Positions 32,207 to 43,543 of a DNA stretch of 64,000 bases are shown in pieces. Position 1 is the stretch's first letter; the number at the start of each line of letters is the position of its first letter. The position numbers and the translations under genes are program-made. Under the pieces are notes generated by a model. It did not search any database, was not told the origin of the DNA, and saw nothing but the letters and a program-made list of their open reading frames with translations. This DNA is from Spirochaetia bacterium (GTDB lineage Bacteria; Spirochaetota; Spirochaetia; DSM-16054; Sediminispirochaetaceae): NCBI GenBank assembly GCA_034520965.1, contig JAXHMY010000003.1, forward strand, positions 1 through 64,000, written 5' to 3'.

Positions 32207-34401
32207 TCCTCTTCCTCCTCCCACACCATGGTGGAGTGTATCTGAGCCGCGTCCGAGGCGCGGCCGGTATCACCGGAGCTCCCCGAGGCCAGATATGCAA
32301 AGCGCTCGGCCAACTCAGGATCGATGGTCCCAAGCTCGCTGTAGGCTTCCTCGGCCGCCTGGTAATCTTCGGCGGAGTAGGCAACCCGGGCCATACCCAG
32401 CAGGGCCGTCTTGTTGTCGCCGTCGATCTTCAGGGCCCGTGAATATGCCTCCCGGGCCCCAGTGTAGTTTTCATTCAGGTAAGAGATATTCCCCAGGTTG
32501 ATAAACCCCGGCACGTAGTCACGACCTCGCACCGCAGCCCGGAACTGCTCCTCGGCCTGCCGGTACTTTCCGTAGCGGGCATAGAGGACCCCCAGGCGGT
32601 TACGCAGCCGTACATCCGCCGGGCGCCGCTGCAGGCGGCTGAGCAAACTCTCCTCACGGCCCGAAATCTCGCGGTTTACAAAGCGGTCGAACTGGCTGCC
32701 GAACCCCGCTTCCACATCCTCCCGAAGGGGAATGTCCACCTCGTAATCGGAAACACCGAAAGCAACCGGCTCGTAGGTTCGCCACGCCTCTGCGGTGGGG
32801 ATGAGCTGCGCCGCCCCTTCCGGATGGTGCTTCCGCCACTGACTTCCCCCCTCCGCCCAGGCGGCGAGAAAACCGTCGCCCAGAATCGTCGTCTCAACGG
32901 GAATCCAGACAGAGCCGTCTTCGCGTACGATAAGGTCACCCGGGCGGGAGAAGGTGCGCATCGCCTCGCCCTCGCTCATATCGATCTTAAAGGCTGTGTA
33001 GATGTGCCCCGGCACGGTGATAAAGGCGGTGGATACCCCGGAGGACTCCAGCAGCGCCGCGTAGGCAGCGGAAAGATCGTCGCAGTCGCCCGCCTTGTAC
33101 TGCAGGGTCTGCCGGGGAAACTGCACCGTGTCGATAGCCCCGCCGTCCCGGGACAATTCAAAATAGGAGGATGAAGGATCCACCACATAGGTGCAGCGAT
33201 GGGCCTTCATCGCCTCGAGAAAAACCATGGCCAATTGCAGCTCCCGGGGAAGCGCCTTCACACCCCTGTCCTCCACGATGGAGGCGTTGTTCCGGGCAAA
33301 GCGTTGTACCTCCTCGTCCCTGGCGGTTACAAAGGCGGCAATCTTCGCATCATCGTCCCAGCTGAGGGAGTTGCGGTTGTAGGTATCCAGGGTTACCACT
33401 TCGCCGTCGCTGCCGCCGCGCCCGCCTCGACTCGGAACTTTGTAATCGGCACCAATCTCCGCGGCAACTTTTGCCCCCTCGGTAACCGTTAAAATCTGTT
33501 CGGTAAAGAGGGCGTAGATATCAATCTGCCGCTCCTCTCCCGGATCGAGCTTCTCTATACGGGCGCTTAGTTTGGGTGCATCCATAAACTGCTTCATACT
33601 AAAGCGCACTTCCACATTCTCCACAGGGCGGGTGCCCTCGTTTTTAACAGTAGCACTACCCATGGGGTGGTCGTCGTAGTACTTGTAGAGAACGGGAAAA
33701 ACCCGGTCCAGCTCTACAGAGGTAAAACGGATATACCCGTCCAGAGGCCCGGTGCCGGATCCCGGGCTAAAGTCCGCTCGCGGAATTGCCCCGTTCCCCG
33801 GCCCCGAGAGGCGCAGCGTCGTACCAAGAGATACCGAAAGTCCGTCATAGAGGTCGGTGTAGGAGTCGTAGCCTGCAGCCAGCTCGAGCTTCACCGCCGA
33901 AGAGAGGAGAAGCCCCATACCGGCCCCGCCTCCCCAGGCAAAACCACTCGCCGTACCAGTGCTATCGCCGCCCAGGGACGCGAAATAGCCCGAGACGTGG
34001 GCCCTGGAGAAAAAGCTCAGGCGCTCTCCAAACCCAAATGATGCTCTGAGCCCGATCCCTCCCCGAAGGAGGTTGAGGTAGGTCGATGAGGTAAATCCCT
34101 CCTCCCCCAGATCCAGGGGAATATAGGCAAAACCGGTGTCGAGAACCGGGGTAAGCCATGGCGGCAAAAGCCCTTTCCCATTCTCAGAGAATCCAACCAG
34201 CCCCTCGATCCTAGCACCGAGCCCGGTTTTATAGTTATCCGCCTTGAGGCCCACAGGCATCTGCGCCTCCGGGGTGGCGAATAATCCTATGCTGGACTCA
34301 GCCTGGGCAAAAGCAGAGGGAGTTGAAGTGCACAGCACTACAAAACCACACGCAATTAAAACGAGTGTGTTTTTGTATCGATTTTTTATTCTATTTTTCA
34401 T
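32203..34401 (-). CDS. exported protein with beta-barrel-like N-terminus, transglutaminase-like domain and TPRs
   Basis: GDCDD...PGHIY...WIPVETT catalytic-like motifs; C-terminal TPRs (NRLGVLYARYG, INLGNISY). Confidence 0.8.
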   Translation of the reverse strand: MKNRIKNRYKNTLVLIACGFVVLCTSTPSAFAQAESSIGLFATPEAQMPVGLKADNYKTGLGARIEGLVGFSENGKGLLPPWLTPVLDTGFAYIPLDLGEEGFTSSTYLNLLRGGIGLRASFGFGERLSFFSRAHVSGYFASLGGDSTGTASGFAWGGGAGMGLLLSSAVKLELAAGYDSYTDLYDGLSVSLGTTLRLSGPGNGAIPRADFSPGSGTGPLDGYIRFTSVELDRVFPVLYKYYDDHPMGSATVKNEGTRPVENVEVRFSMKQFMDAPKLSARIEKLDPGEERQIDIYALFTEQILTVTEGAKVAAEIGADYKVPSRGGRGGSDGEVVTLDTYNRNSLSWDDDAKIAAFVTARDEEVQRFARNNASIVEDRGVKALPRELQLAMVFLEAMKAHRCTYVVDPSSSYFELSRDGGAIDTVQFPRQTLQYKAGDCDDLSAAYAALLESSGVSTAFITVPGHIYTAFKIDMSEGEAMRTFSRPGDLIVREDGSVWIPVETTILGDGFLAAWAEGGSQWRKHHPEGAAQLIPTAEAWRTYEPVAFGVSDYEVDIPLREDVEAGFGSQFDRFVNREISGREESLLSRLQRRPADVRLRNRLGVLYARYGKYRQAEEQFRAAVRGRDYVPGFINLGNISYLNENYTGAREAYSRALKIDGDNKTALLGMARVAYSAEDYQAAEEAYSELGTIDPELAERFAYLASGSSGDTGRASDAAQIHSTMVWEEEEE

Positions 34402-34568
34402 ACAAAACCTCCGTGAGACCGGAGTATACACGCGGCGGGCTGCAGCTGCTCGAGGACTACATAAGCTATACCCTAACTGTATCACTGATGGAGAAATAGC
34501 GTATTGTACGAAGGTACAGTTTTTCTTTTTTTTCTTGTTTTTGCCCGGAGTAACGCTTACTATACAGT

Positions 34569-35843
34569 ATGGCCCTCCTGAATATTCTCAACATTGCCGC
34601 GGCGGCCTTTTGTTTCTACCTCTTTGTCGCCGTGCAGAGGATGAAGGTGCGGCAGCGGGAGCACAGGATTCTCAGCATTACCGCCATAGCCCTCTTCCAG
34701 TGGACTATTACCGCGTACTTTGTCTACAACAGCGAGCAGCTCGAGATTCTGCGGATCCTCCTGCCTATATCCTGCATAGGCATGTTCTTCTTCTTTCCCC
34801 TCAATTTTCATTTTGCCTACTCCCTGGTGTACAGCCGTCCGATGCCCAAGGGGCTCTTTTTCTCTCTCTATACCTCTGCCGCGGCTCTGGCCGTTGCACA
34901 ATTCTTCTACCCTATTTCGATGAAGATAGTCCAAACCGCCCCCGGGGCGGGGGCGGTGACCCAGGCGGTAGGGACCCCGGTTAACCTCTTCTGGATACTC
35001 TACGCCCTCTCCTGCTGGTTGCTACCAACAGTATTCTATATCCGTTACAGGCGTGCGGCAGAGCTTAACAGGCAGAGGAGACAGGCGGATATCCTTATTA
35101 GAATGATAGTTTTTACCATCCTCATCGTCATGGCCGAGTACTACCTGCCTCTGCTCATTTCCTGGTGGAACACCCCTTCCCGCTCTCCTATACTCTTTAC
35201 TCCATGGGTTGCCGCGATGGTCTACGCTATATGGAACTACGGCTTCCTGCGTATTGCACCCGGGCTGCTCACCGGCAAGATCCTCGACTCTATCGAAGAT
35301 ATTGTCATCCTCTACTCCATGGACGGGAAGGCGGTGTACAGGAACCGAAAGGCACTCTGCTTACTCGGCGACGGCAATTGTCACCGTATAGGAGAAGTCG
35401 ACATCCTCAAAAAAGCGGTGGAACCGGTGGTGCGGCGGCACGAATCCTGGACCACAGACTACCCGGAAAAACAGTTGAGCATGCAGGTGCCGCAGCAGGC
35501 TCACGGGGAGCATACCGAACTCGCTGCTTCTACCGAATCCCTTACCGTAAAGTTTCGCATCAAACCCGTTCTCGACAGATTCAACGATCCCCTCGGAGTT
35601 CTAGTTACGGGGACGCCTGTCCCTCGTTATGGGGATATTCTGCAGGCCTACCACCTCTCCAGGAGGGAGGCGGAGGTGCTCGAACACCTCATGGCGGGAT
35701 GGACTATTGAGAAAACAGCACGTGCACTCTTTATTACCGAGCGAACGGTAAAAGCTCACATTTCCAGCATCTATGAAAAAACAGGAGCCACGAACCGAAT
35801 AGAACTTGCCAACTTACTCGCTCCCACCGACCGCATAATGTGA
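34569..35843 (+). CDS. membrane-anchored (7TM) LuxR-family regulator
   Basis: Seven hydrophobic segments; C-terminal LSRREAEVL...LFITERTVKAHISSIYEK HTH. Confidence 0.88.
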   Translation: MALLNILNIAAAAFCFYLFVAVQRMKVRQREHRILSITAIALFQWTITAYFVYNSEQLEILRILLPISCIGMFFFFPLNFHFAYSLVYSRPMPKGLFFSLYTSAAALAVAQFFYPISMKIVQTAPGAGAVTQAVGTPVNLFWILYALSCWLLPTVFYIRYRRAAELNRQRRQADILIRMIVFTILIVMAEYYLPLLISWWNTPSRSPILFTPWVAAMVYAIWNYGFLRIAPGLLTGKILDSIEDIVILYSMDGKAVYRNRKALCLLGDGNCHRIGEVDILKKAVEPVVRRHESWTTDYPEKQLSMQVPQQAHGEHTELAASTESLTVKFRIKPVLDRFNDPLGVLVTGTPVPRYGDILQAYHLSRREAEVLEHLMAGWTIEKTARALFITERTVKAHISSIYEKTGATNRIELANLLAPTDRIM

Positions 35844-36028
35844 AGTTTTTATGCAATAAACTCCATCCTTATCCGGATTCATCATCTTCCCCATCGATAA
35901 ATAGCTCCTGGATTTCATCAATGCGGCCCAGAAAGTCTTTTTCCGCCTTACTTTCTTTTATTTTGAACCTAAATTCATAACAATTAGAAATCAAGGGATC
36001 CTAAAAAAGCCGCATGCCAGGGGGCACT

Positions 36029-36796
36029 TCAAGCTGATTGCTCCAGTTCTGCGATATAGTGGCGCTCGGTATACTCGGCAATCCGCACAAAACGCTTGAG
36101 GGTCTCCCGGCTGCGGTCCTGCACCAGTGCCTCCAGCTGTTCCATCACCTCCACAGCGTAGTGCAAAGCCACCACCTCCTCCTCGGAGGCAATTAGGTCG
36201 CGAATGGCCCGAAGCACCTCGAGGGTGGCTTCCACCGTCCTTCGCCGCATGCCCAGCTCGGTGAGCGTTTTCAAGTGCTCGATCATATGTTCGATATCCC
36301 GCCGGGGTACGGCTATAAAGGCGTGGCGCAGCAAAGCATCAGGAATCTCTTCAGCGGGCTTTCCGTTGAGTCCTTCCTCTTCACGCAACTCCTGTATATT
36401 CTCCGTCGCCCGCTGCTCCACTTTGATAGAATGGCTAAATGTAGCGAGCACCTCCAATCCCGCCCGTGCGGCGGTCACCAAGCTTCCGCCGTGTTTTACC
36501 ATAAAGCCCGGCATCTTGGGCAGCAGGGCCAGTAAACGGACGCGGTTATTGAGAATATCCACTACCGCCTCTACGCTCTCATCCCGGCGTTTACGCTGTT
36601 CCCCGGCTGGGTAGAGGACTTCCTGGAAAAATGCTTTAACCTGATCAACGGTGTGTTGATCGAGCCCCTTCCAAAAGCCCCTCTTCTTCGATGGCGGGGA
36701 TGGATTCGAGATAGTCGAGCCGGTATCTGCGCTCCACTTCTTCTCTGAAGAACGCAATGAAGCAGAGACGCAAAGCCTCGATATCCTGTGGTTCAT
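36029..36796 (-). CDS. hypothetical protein
   Basis: 255-aa ORF; no motif recognised; start uncertain. Confidence 0.6.
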   Translation of the reverse strand: MNHRISRLCVSASLRSSEKKWSADTGSTISNPSPPSKKRGFWKGLDQHTVDQVKAFFQEVLYPAGEQRKRRDESVEAVVDILNNRVRLLALLPKMPGFMVKHGGSLVTAARAGLEVLATFSHSIKVEQRATENIQELREEEGLNGKPAEEIPDALLRHAFIAVPRRDIEHMIEHLKTLTELGMRRRTVEATLEVLRAIRDLIASEEEVVALHYAVEVMEQLEALVQDRSRETLKRFVRIAEYTERHYIAELEQSA

Positions 36797-37016
36797 GTGT
36801 TTCGTTCATCATTACCTAGTGTAATGGCGGTGGTGCGGGGAGTAAAGACATTGACCTCTTTTTATTACCGTAGAGAATGTCATCTTTTATCTGCTTTCTG
36901 TCTCACTTGATTCACTATTTGGAATTGCTGTAATTAAAAATAATAACTTGTTTCATAATGAAAACTGTTCTATTATTAGTGTAGATTTATGTCTATTTTT
37001 TAAAAGGAGGCATTCG

Positions 37017-37757
37017 ATGAAAATAATCACGGTTTTTAAGGAAAGTATTGCAGCAGCAAAGGGTAACCCGCTGATTTTTGTTCCAATGTTAGCTTCCATT
37101 GTGTTCTCGGCAATCATCAGCCTTATTTTTGCCGGTTCGGCTATGCCTATGATGAGCAGATTCTCCGGAGAGCAGATTGCTGCCAATCCGGAACAGGCTT
37201 TGGCAGGAGCCGGAGCAGCTGCCGGCAGTATTATGTTTGTAAGTATAATCGGCAGCTTTGTCAGTCTTTTGGCGCATGGAATGACTGTCGGGATGGCCGA
37301 TATAGCCTTTAAAGGCGAATCTGTAACACTAAAAACCGGTTGGATGCGCCTGGTTTCACGTATAGTTCCTCTTGTCATTGCCACCATTGTGGTTGTTATC
37401 ATTGTAACTTTTGGAATGATCCTGCTGGTTCTTCCAGGCTTGATTGCGGCTTTTCTCCTTATATTTACGCTGATAGCAGTCATGTTGGATAATCTTTCAG
37501 CTTGGAAAGCATTGGGCCGCAGTGTTAAAACGGTCAAAAAAAACTTCGGGGCCGTGCTTATCACTTTTCTGGTGATAATCGGACTGACATTCCTGGTCGG
37601 AATCTTGAACTTCGTTGTTGTATTCATTCCCATATTAGGGGCGATTCTGTCTATTATAATTTTTTCAATCTACACGGCGTTTATAACGATTTTACTGGTT
37701 CGTGTATACCAAAATCTTGATGTGCAGACCGACACTTCTCCGGAAGTTGAAACCTGA
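37017..37757 (+). CDS. multi-pass membrane protein
   Basis: AGGAGG RBS; about 5 TM helices; LLVLPG...ALGRS pattern. Confidence 0.75.
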   Translation: MKIITVFKESIAAAKGNPLIFVPMLASIVFSAIISLIFAGSAMPMMSRFSGEQIAANPEQALAGAGAAAGSIMFVSIIGSFVSLLAHGMTVGMADIAFKGESVTLKTGWMRLVSRIVPLVIATIVVVIIVTFGMILLVLPGLIAAFLLIFTLIAVMLDNLSAWKALGRSVKTVKKNFGAVLITFLVIIGLTFLVGILNFVVVFIPILGAILSIIIFSIYTAFITILLVRVYQNLDVQTDTSPEVET

Positions 37758-37837
37758 TCATTCAAGGTAGTTGATGAACTTTTTTTCAGTAAAAACATAT
37801 TCTGTGTGCTGAAGTAATGGCAACTTACCAAGCCCGC

Positions 37838-39027
37838 CTATGCTTTCTTTTTGTACGGGACCGCTTCGTCAAGACTTTGGATGTAGCTCTCTTCATATGC
37901 GTTAATGCGGTCCATGTTCGTTTCGAGAATCCACCGCATGTCGGGATCGAAAAAGTAGTGGAGGCTCCAGTTAGGCACGGCGCGAAAACCTCGACGCAGC
38001 TTGTGGGGTGAACCCATCCCAGGGTCGAAGATTGTAATTCCGTTCTCTATGGCCCATTCGATAGGAGTATAGTAACAGGTGTTGAAGTGAAGATCCTTTA
38101 TAGTTCGACGCGCTCCCCAGTACCGTCCGATGAGACGGTCATTTTTCACCACCAGCATCGACAGTGCAATAGGATCCTCGGGTGGAGCAAGCTCAGGTGC
38201 GGCGACCTCGCCATTTTTCACTTTAGAATCTTCGTGCGCCGCGGCAAACCACACCCATTGCCGGACGCGCTCCGGCATCTCAGTGAAGAATTTCGTTGAG
38301 AGAAAGCGCGCAGCATAGGGGCCGAATTGTGCGTTCGTGTGAAGGTAGTACTCCGCCATCCTAGCAAAGTAGAGCTCCGGCGCCTCTGTACCGGGAAGGA
38401 CCCGCATCGTGATTCCCTGCTCCTGAAGAGACGGCGCTCGCGCCGGATGTTGCGGCGCTGGTTCTTGCGAAACCGACCTAAGTAATCATCGAATGAGGAA
38501 AATGATTCGTTGCGCCACTCGAAGCCCTGATGTTTCCATGCGCACATCCCCAGGGCGGCAAGACGCCGTTTCCATTCGGGCAGGACAAAGTTGAACTGCA
38601 GTACTGGGATCTCTTCTTCCCGACAGATTTCGGTGATCGCATGGAAGATCGCGGTGGTCAGCTCTTCCTCTCTACCGGGAACGATAAGGAAGGAGAAGGC
38701 CGGCGTCGGACTGGCCGGGCTCATGCCCACCAGTTTAGGATAATAGGTCTTTCCAAGTTTTTCGGCGAGTTCAGCAAAGGCGAAATCGAAAACAAACTCA
38801 CCCCAGCTGTTGTTCCGGAGGTAGAGGGGGACTGCGGCTATCATCTCTCCTCCCTCGTGTACCGTCAAGTGACGCGCCTCCCAGCCCTGTCCCGGGTCGA
38901 TACCTCCCCGTTCTTCAAGGTGTTCCAACCAGTCCCAGGACATTAAGGGTGTAGGCGAAAATCGAACAAGCCTATTCCACTGGCCACGGTCTATGTCGCT
39001 AATCGAACGGTTACGTCGGAACTCCAT
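37838..39027 (-). CDS. FemAB-like GNAT (DUF482) protein (frameshift near 38,430)
   Basis: SWGEFVFDF, YYPKL, GRYWG, LHFNTCYY, HKLRRGF motifs. Confidence 0.88.
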
Positions 39028-39304
39028 AAGGCAATGGTAACGAAAGGCAAGGTGCCGAAGCAATAGTTCAGCTACTCATTCTGAATGATTTCGTTTTTCG
39101 CCGTTACTCATCCGAGGAGGCAGAACTGCTGTATGCAATCTCCGATGATATCAATATATTTTTATATTTTACTTATAACCCATTTTAAGTACAGTCCTTA
39201 GTATTATGTATTCAACTAAATATCAGTATATTCACGAATCATTAATTTTTTTATAGTAACTCGTAACAAAATATCTATTTGAAATTATACATTTACTATC
39301 TTAT

Positions 39305-39335
39305 CCGCCAGGTCAACTCCAAGTGCTTGTTAAAA
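39305..39335 (-). repeat. terminal attC, only R''/L'' arm intact
   Basis: CCGCCAGGTCAACTCCAAGTGCTTGTTAAAA on + strand; partner arm degenerate. Confidence 0.75.
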
Positions 39336-39345
39336 ACCTTTTTTA

Positions 39346-40556
39346 TTAGTATAGAAAACCAAATAAATACAATGGGATTTCCTTTTTATTACCATAAAGA
39401 ATATCATCCTTTACTAAATAGGATTTATCTAGTTCTTTTTTTATCTGCTTTTTATCTTTTTTCTTTCCGCCTATTTCAAATATTTTATTATTCACTAAAA
39501 AATCCCCTACCTCATTATAATATATTTTATTCCCGGAGTTTTTTAACATTTTTATAAAAAAGATCTCTCTTATTGTTTTCATCTGTGCCTCATATCCTAT
39601 CTCTTCTATAATAGCGGAATATAAGTCCTGATTATCAAGATACATCTTTTCAGTATTTTTTAATAAATTGCTGCCTGCCTTATTCCTTTTTAGGAGTTCA
39701 ATCAGTCCCGTTTCATATAATATCATTAAGTAATTTTGTATAGTCTTATTATCCAATCCAATATTTTTTGAAATGCTATTTATATTTAGCTCTCCCGGTG
39801 GAATAGTGGCAAGATAAGATAAAATTCTTTTAAAATGAAATAAGTTTTCAGTTTTTAATTTATAGTAGTTCGATATATCTTCAAATATGACCTTTTCTAT
39901 CACTCTCAGTATTTTTTGATGATACTGTTCTTTATCTTCCAAGTAAAAAGGATAATATCCACTGTTCAAGTATTCTTTAAAATGCCCTTTGATTTTTTTA
40001 ATTGATGATAGATTGCTTTCTAGTTCGCTTCTATTTTCTAATATCTCTTTCAATGTAGTATTTTCCGTTTCATAAATGTCATTAAAAAGCAAATACTCGC
40101 GAAAGGACATTCCATCCATACGATACAATACACCTCGTCTGGATAAATCATAGGTGCCTTTAATCAGGTCAATACTCGAACTACCAGAAAAGATCAATTT
40201 AATATCAGGATACGAATCATAAGCATTCTTCAACTCTTGATTCCATCGAGCGTATTTATGGATCTCATCAAAGAAAAAATATCTTACCCCATAGTCCTCA
40301 TATAACTCATTTATAAAGTCTATAATGGTATTTTTAGAAAAATATATATGATCAACTGATACATAGATGCACTCATCCTTGTCCCTTATATTCTCTTGTA
40401 TATATTGTAGTAACAGAGTAGTCTTGCCAGTACCTCGTGGACCAATCAATCCAGTTAGACGACTATTGATATTGAACTCTTTATAGATATACCTGTGATA
40501 CTGATAATTGTATTCTCTAATAGACGCTTATAAGTAGCAATAAAATTTGTTAACAT
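39346..40556 (-). CDS. cassette: AAA_14-family ATPase (5' end frameshifted)
   Basis: GPRGTGKT, FFFDEIHKY, SGSSS, FEIGGK, IPLYLFGFLY; start approximate. Confidence 0.85.
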
Positions 40557-40624
40557 TAGAGTAAACTCCTATAATAACAACCCTAATCTTGAGTATACTC
40601 CAATATTTTGTATTTGAAAAGTGT

Positions 40625-40758
40625 TTTTAACCTTCACTTGAGCTGCCTGGCGCTGTCACGCTATAACTCATATTCTTTATCAAATTTACACCGGTTTCTC
40701 AAATCAAAAAACACTTTTCACTATTTACCACCAGATCAACTCCAAGTGGTTGTTATGT
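40625..40758 (-). repeat. attC site
   Basis: TTTTAACCTTCACTTGAGCTGCCTGGCG...CCAGATCAACTCCAAGTGGTTGTTATGT. Confidence 0.9.
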
Positions 40759-41460
40759 TCATTTTTTACTATTTTTTCTCCATATACCAGTATATTCTGG
40801 TACAATTTTCTTTTTATTCTTTAATATATTTTTTCCCATTTCTGCTCCAAAGAAGAACCCAATTGTTTCTGCTGCTTCTTCGTAATTCTTGAACTTAAAA
40901 TCTGTACTTACAATTGTATTCTCAAATCCATATTTGTTTTCTAATAGGTTATAGAAATATTTCAAAGCATTAGTATTTATTTTAGGTTCATTAACGTTTG
41001 TTCCCATAGTTTCAATTATTATTATTTCCCCTCCATTGATAATATTTTCATTTATATTCTTAATTAATTTTTCTGTTGTTCTTTTTATATTATTACTGTT
41101 TTCCACAATTGTGTGACCAAAACTCCAGCCCTCAATAAATATATGTGCTTTTTCTCTTATTACTGGAAGAGACTCATTATCTCCTACTTGTAGTATCATT
41201 CTATCTTTATACTTATTTAAATTTTCTTCACATTTCGAAAGCATATGATCTTCTTTGTCAAACCCATAGACTTTTTCTATTTTATCAATATATATTTTTG
41301 TTAATCTACCTGTTCCGATACCTGCTTCGTATACGATCTTTTTATTCCAATCAATATTGTTAACTAGTTGTTCGATTAGTATCCGCTGATAATCTTCTGC
41401 TTTAACTAAATTATCATATTCTTCAGCGTACTTTTTATATATTTCTTGCATTGTTGGCAT
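40759..41460 (-). CDS. cassette: class I SAM-dependent methyltransferase
   Basis: YEAGIGTGR motif I; YGFD motif II. Confidence 0.85.
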   Translation of the reverse strand: MPTMQEIYKKYAEEYDNLVKAEDYQRILIEQLVNNIDWNKKIVYEAGIGTGRLTKIYIDKIEKVYGFDKEDHMLSKCEENLNKYKDRMILQVGDNESLPVIREKAHIFIEGWSFGHTIVENSNNIKRTTEKLIKNINENIINGGEIIIIETMGTNVNEPKINTNALKYFYNLLENKYGFENTIVSTDFKFKNYEEAAETIGFFFGAEMGKNILKNKKKIVPEYTGIWRKNSKK

Positions 41461-41569
41461 TTTATTTACCTACACTTTTTCAATTGCTATTGTTCTATCC
41501 AATAATTTATTTAAAATTGTTTCTTACCGTTACCAGTATTATAATAAATTTGATTTCTTTACTAAATGA

Positions 41570-41704
41570 ACATAACGGTCACTTGAGCAGCTTTACTCTG
41601 TTATCATATAGCCCAATCTCTTTAAATAGTGTAACTCCAGTTCTCCAAATCAACAACTTCTTTGCCATATTCACCGCCAAGTCAAGTCCTAGTGGTTATT
41701 ATAT
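41570..41704 (-). repeat. attC site, degenerate (R'' AAC mutated to AAT)
   Basis: 135 bp matching the consensus with several arm substitutions. Confidence 0.85.
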
Positions 41705-41998
41705 GGTGTTTTACTATTTTATTATAAAAGATGGACGTACATTCCACTGTATATTTCCATTTGTAAGAATCGATATCGTTTTCTTATTGATTTTTATTAT
41801 CCTCCCTTCAATTATCTGATTGTTATTATCTTCAAATTTTTACCCATTCTACTATAGTGTATTTTCTCATTGCATTTGAAGCTTCAATCTGATGTAATAC
41901 ATTTATTCTCTCAACCACCATCTTATTCAATGAAATTAACTCATTGATTGAAAGCCCTTTTATAAACTCTTCTCTTTTCTTGTGTTGGATTGTTCTTT

Positions 41999-42260
41999 TT
42001 ACTCATAATGTGTCCACATTCGAATTATCTTTACGATTCTCTCTTTTTCATACACCTGATATACTATACGGTGTTGGATGTTTATTCTTCGTGAAAAGGA
42101 TCCTGCTAAATCGCCTAATAGTCTTTCGTCAGGAAGGACATCTTCAATGGATCTCCCCTTTGAAGTGTATCGTATTTTCTCGGCGTTCTTTTTCGAATTC
42201 GACTTGCGTGATTTTTTTCGCATCTTTTTGTGCTTGTTTTGTATATACCAGTTTATACAA
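41999..42260 (-). CDS. yoeB: cassette: Txe/YoeB toxin (frameshifted)
   Basis: YKLVYTKQAQKDAKK...ERLLGDLAGSFSRRINIQHRIVYQV...IRMWTHYE. Confidence 0.85.
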
Positions 42261-42266
42261 CAGCCT

Positions 42267-42512
42267 TTACCACTCTATTTCTTCAGCACATTCGTCTATA
42301 TCGGCCTTCATCCCTTCTATTATTGATTCTCTCATACCCGGGATTGATGTAAGATACAATGTCTCTTCAATGTTTTTCCAATCTTCTTCGCTTATGATAA
42401 CCGCTGTTCCCTTCTTTCCGGTTATGTGTACCGGCTCATGAGATTCTATTACTTGTTCTATCAGTTTATACAAATCTTTTCTTGCGTTTGTTATGTTTAT
42501 TGTATTATTCAT
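42267..42512 (-). CDS. yefM: cassette: Phd/YefM antitoxin
   Basis: NITNARKDLYKLIEQV...HEPVHITGKKGTAVIISEEDW...ETLYL. Confidence 0.92.
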   Translation of the reverse strand: MNNTINITNARKDLYKLIEQVIESHEPVHITGKKGTAVIISEEDWKNIEETLYLTSIPGMRESIIEGMKADIDECAEEIEW

Positions 42513-42523
42513 CCTTACTCCTC

Positions 42524-42572
42524 GTACGTAATAACGTACTACAAATTTACCCTGATTTTTATGATCAGTCAA
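42524..42572 (-). promoter_or_regulatory. cassette-internal sigma70 promoter and operator of yefM-yoeB
   Basis: TTGACT-17 bp-TAAATT followed by the palindrome GTACGT-N4-ACGTAC before the RBS. Confidence 0.65.
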
Positions 42573-42616
42573 CAAGTATTTACTTAGTTATTTATTATTT
42601 TATTAGTTTGAACATA

Positions 42617-42751
42617 ATATAACGTTCACTTGAGATGCTTGGCGCTAACAGTATATAGCCCACTCACTTTAACCATTGTAACTCTACATTTCCAATTCAA
42701 AAATCTCTTTGCCATATTCACCGCCAGGTCAACTCCAAGTGGTTGTTATCC
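42617..42751 (-). repeat. attC site
   Basis: 135-bp consensus; R'' overlaps the stop codon of the upstream gene. Confidence 0.92.
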
Positions 42752-43048
42752 AGCAATTTTGTCTTTATCGACCAATTGCCCAGTTATATACTTATGAACA
42801 ACACTTTTTATAAATGTTTGATATTTTAATCCCTCTTTCGAAGCATATTCTTTTATCTTTTCAAGCTCATAGGGATCGATTCTAATATTCATTTTCTTTT
42901 CATTTTTCACAAACTCCCTTGCGGCTTCTTGGATTTTGTCCTGTTCTTCAGCTTTTGATTTTGACAGTGTTTCATAATCCAGCCCATCAATAGATTCTAT
43001 CAACTCTTTTTCTTCTTCATCTAAAAAATCAGTATCATATTTATTCAT
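42746..43048 (-). CDS. cassette: CopG/BrnA-like antitoxin
   Basis: KMNIRI...LEKIK..A..EGLKYQTFIKSVVHKY RHH pattern. Confidence 0.8.
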   Translation of the reverse strand: MNKYDTDFLDEEEKELIESIDGLDYETLSKSKAEEQDKIQEAAREFVKNEKKMNIRIDPYELEKIKEYASKEGLKYQTFIKSVVHKYITGQLVDKDKIAG

Positions 43049-43313
43049 AAGTTTCCTCCTCTATAAGGTACTTAAATTTCCTGTTTGGATAGATAGTCTT
43101 TAAAAACCATGTATCTCCCTCTACAACATAGGGAACACAGTATGCATAACCATCTATTTCAACAACCATTACTTTTTGATTTGAATATTTCTCTCTGTTT
43201 GGATTATCAAAATTGAGCAGTACACCCTTTTCAGCAATTGCTTCAATGACGTTATAGAAAATAACACCTCTTTTTTTTAAACAAGAGTATGTTCTTTTAT
43301 TGACTAAAATCAA
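43041..43313 (-). CDS. cassette: BrnT-like toxin (5' end damaged)
   Basis: PNREKYSNQK...YAYCVPYV...FLKTIYPNRK; overlaps the antitoxin start. Confidence 0.7.
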   Translation of the reverse strand: MILVNKRTYSCLKKRGVIFYNVIEAIAEKGVLLNFDNPNREKYSNQKVMVVEIDGYAYCVPYVVEGDTWFLKTIYPNRKFKYLIEEETYE

Positions 43314-43492
43314 ACTTTATACTACTAATATAATACGTTGTGCGCACTTTGTCTACATGCTTGTTAATGTTATTTTTTCTTGTGTTAGAACTAAGAACAC
43401 ATTTCAGTAATTTTTCTTAAAAGCACTTATTCGAACTATTGTATTTATTTTGTAATTATTTTTACATTTTCTAAGAACTGTGTAGCAATGAA

Positions 43493-43529
43493 TATTCACC
43501 GCCAGGTCAACTTTAAGTGGTTGTTATAT
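43493..43529 (-). repeat. attC, only R''/L'' arm intact
   Basis: TTCACCGCCAGGTCAACTTTAAGTGGTTGTTATAT; partner arm eroded. Confidence 0.75.
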
Positions 43530-43543
43530 GGTGTTCATTCTTC

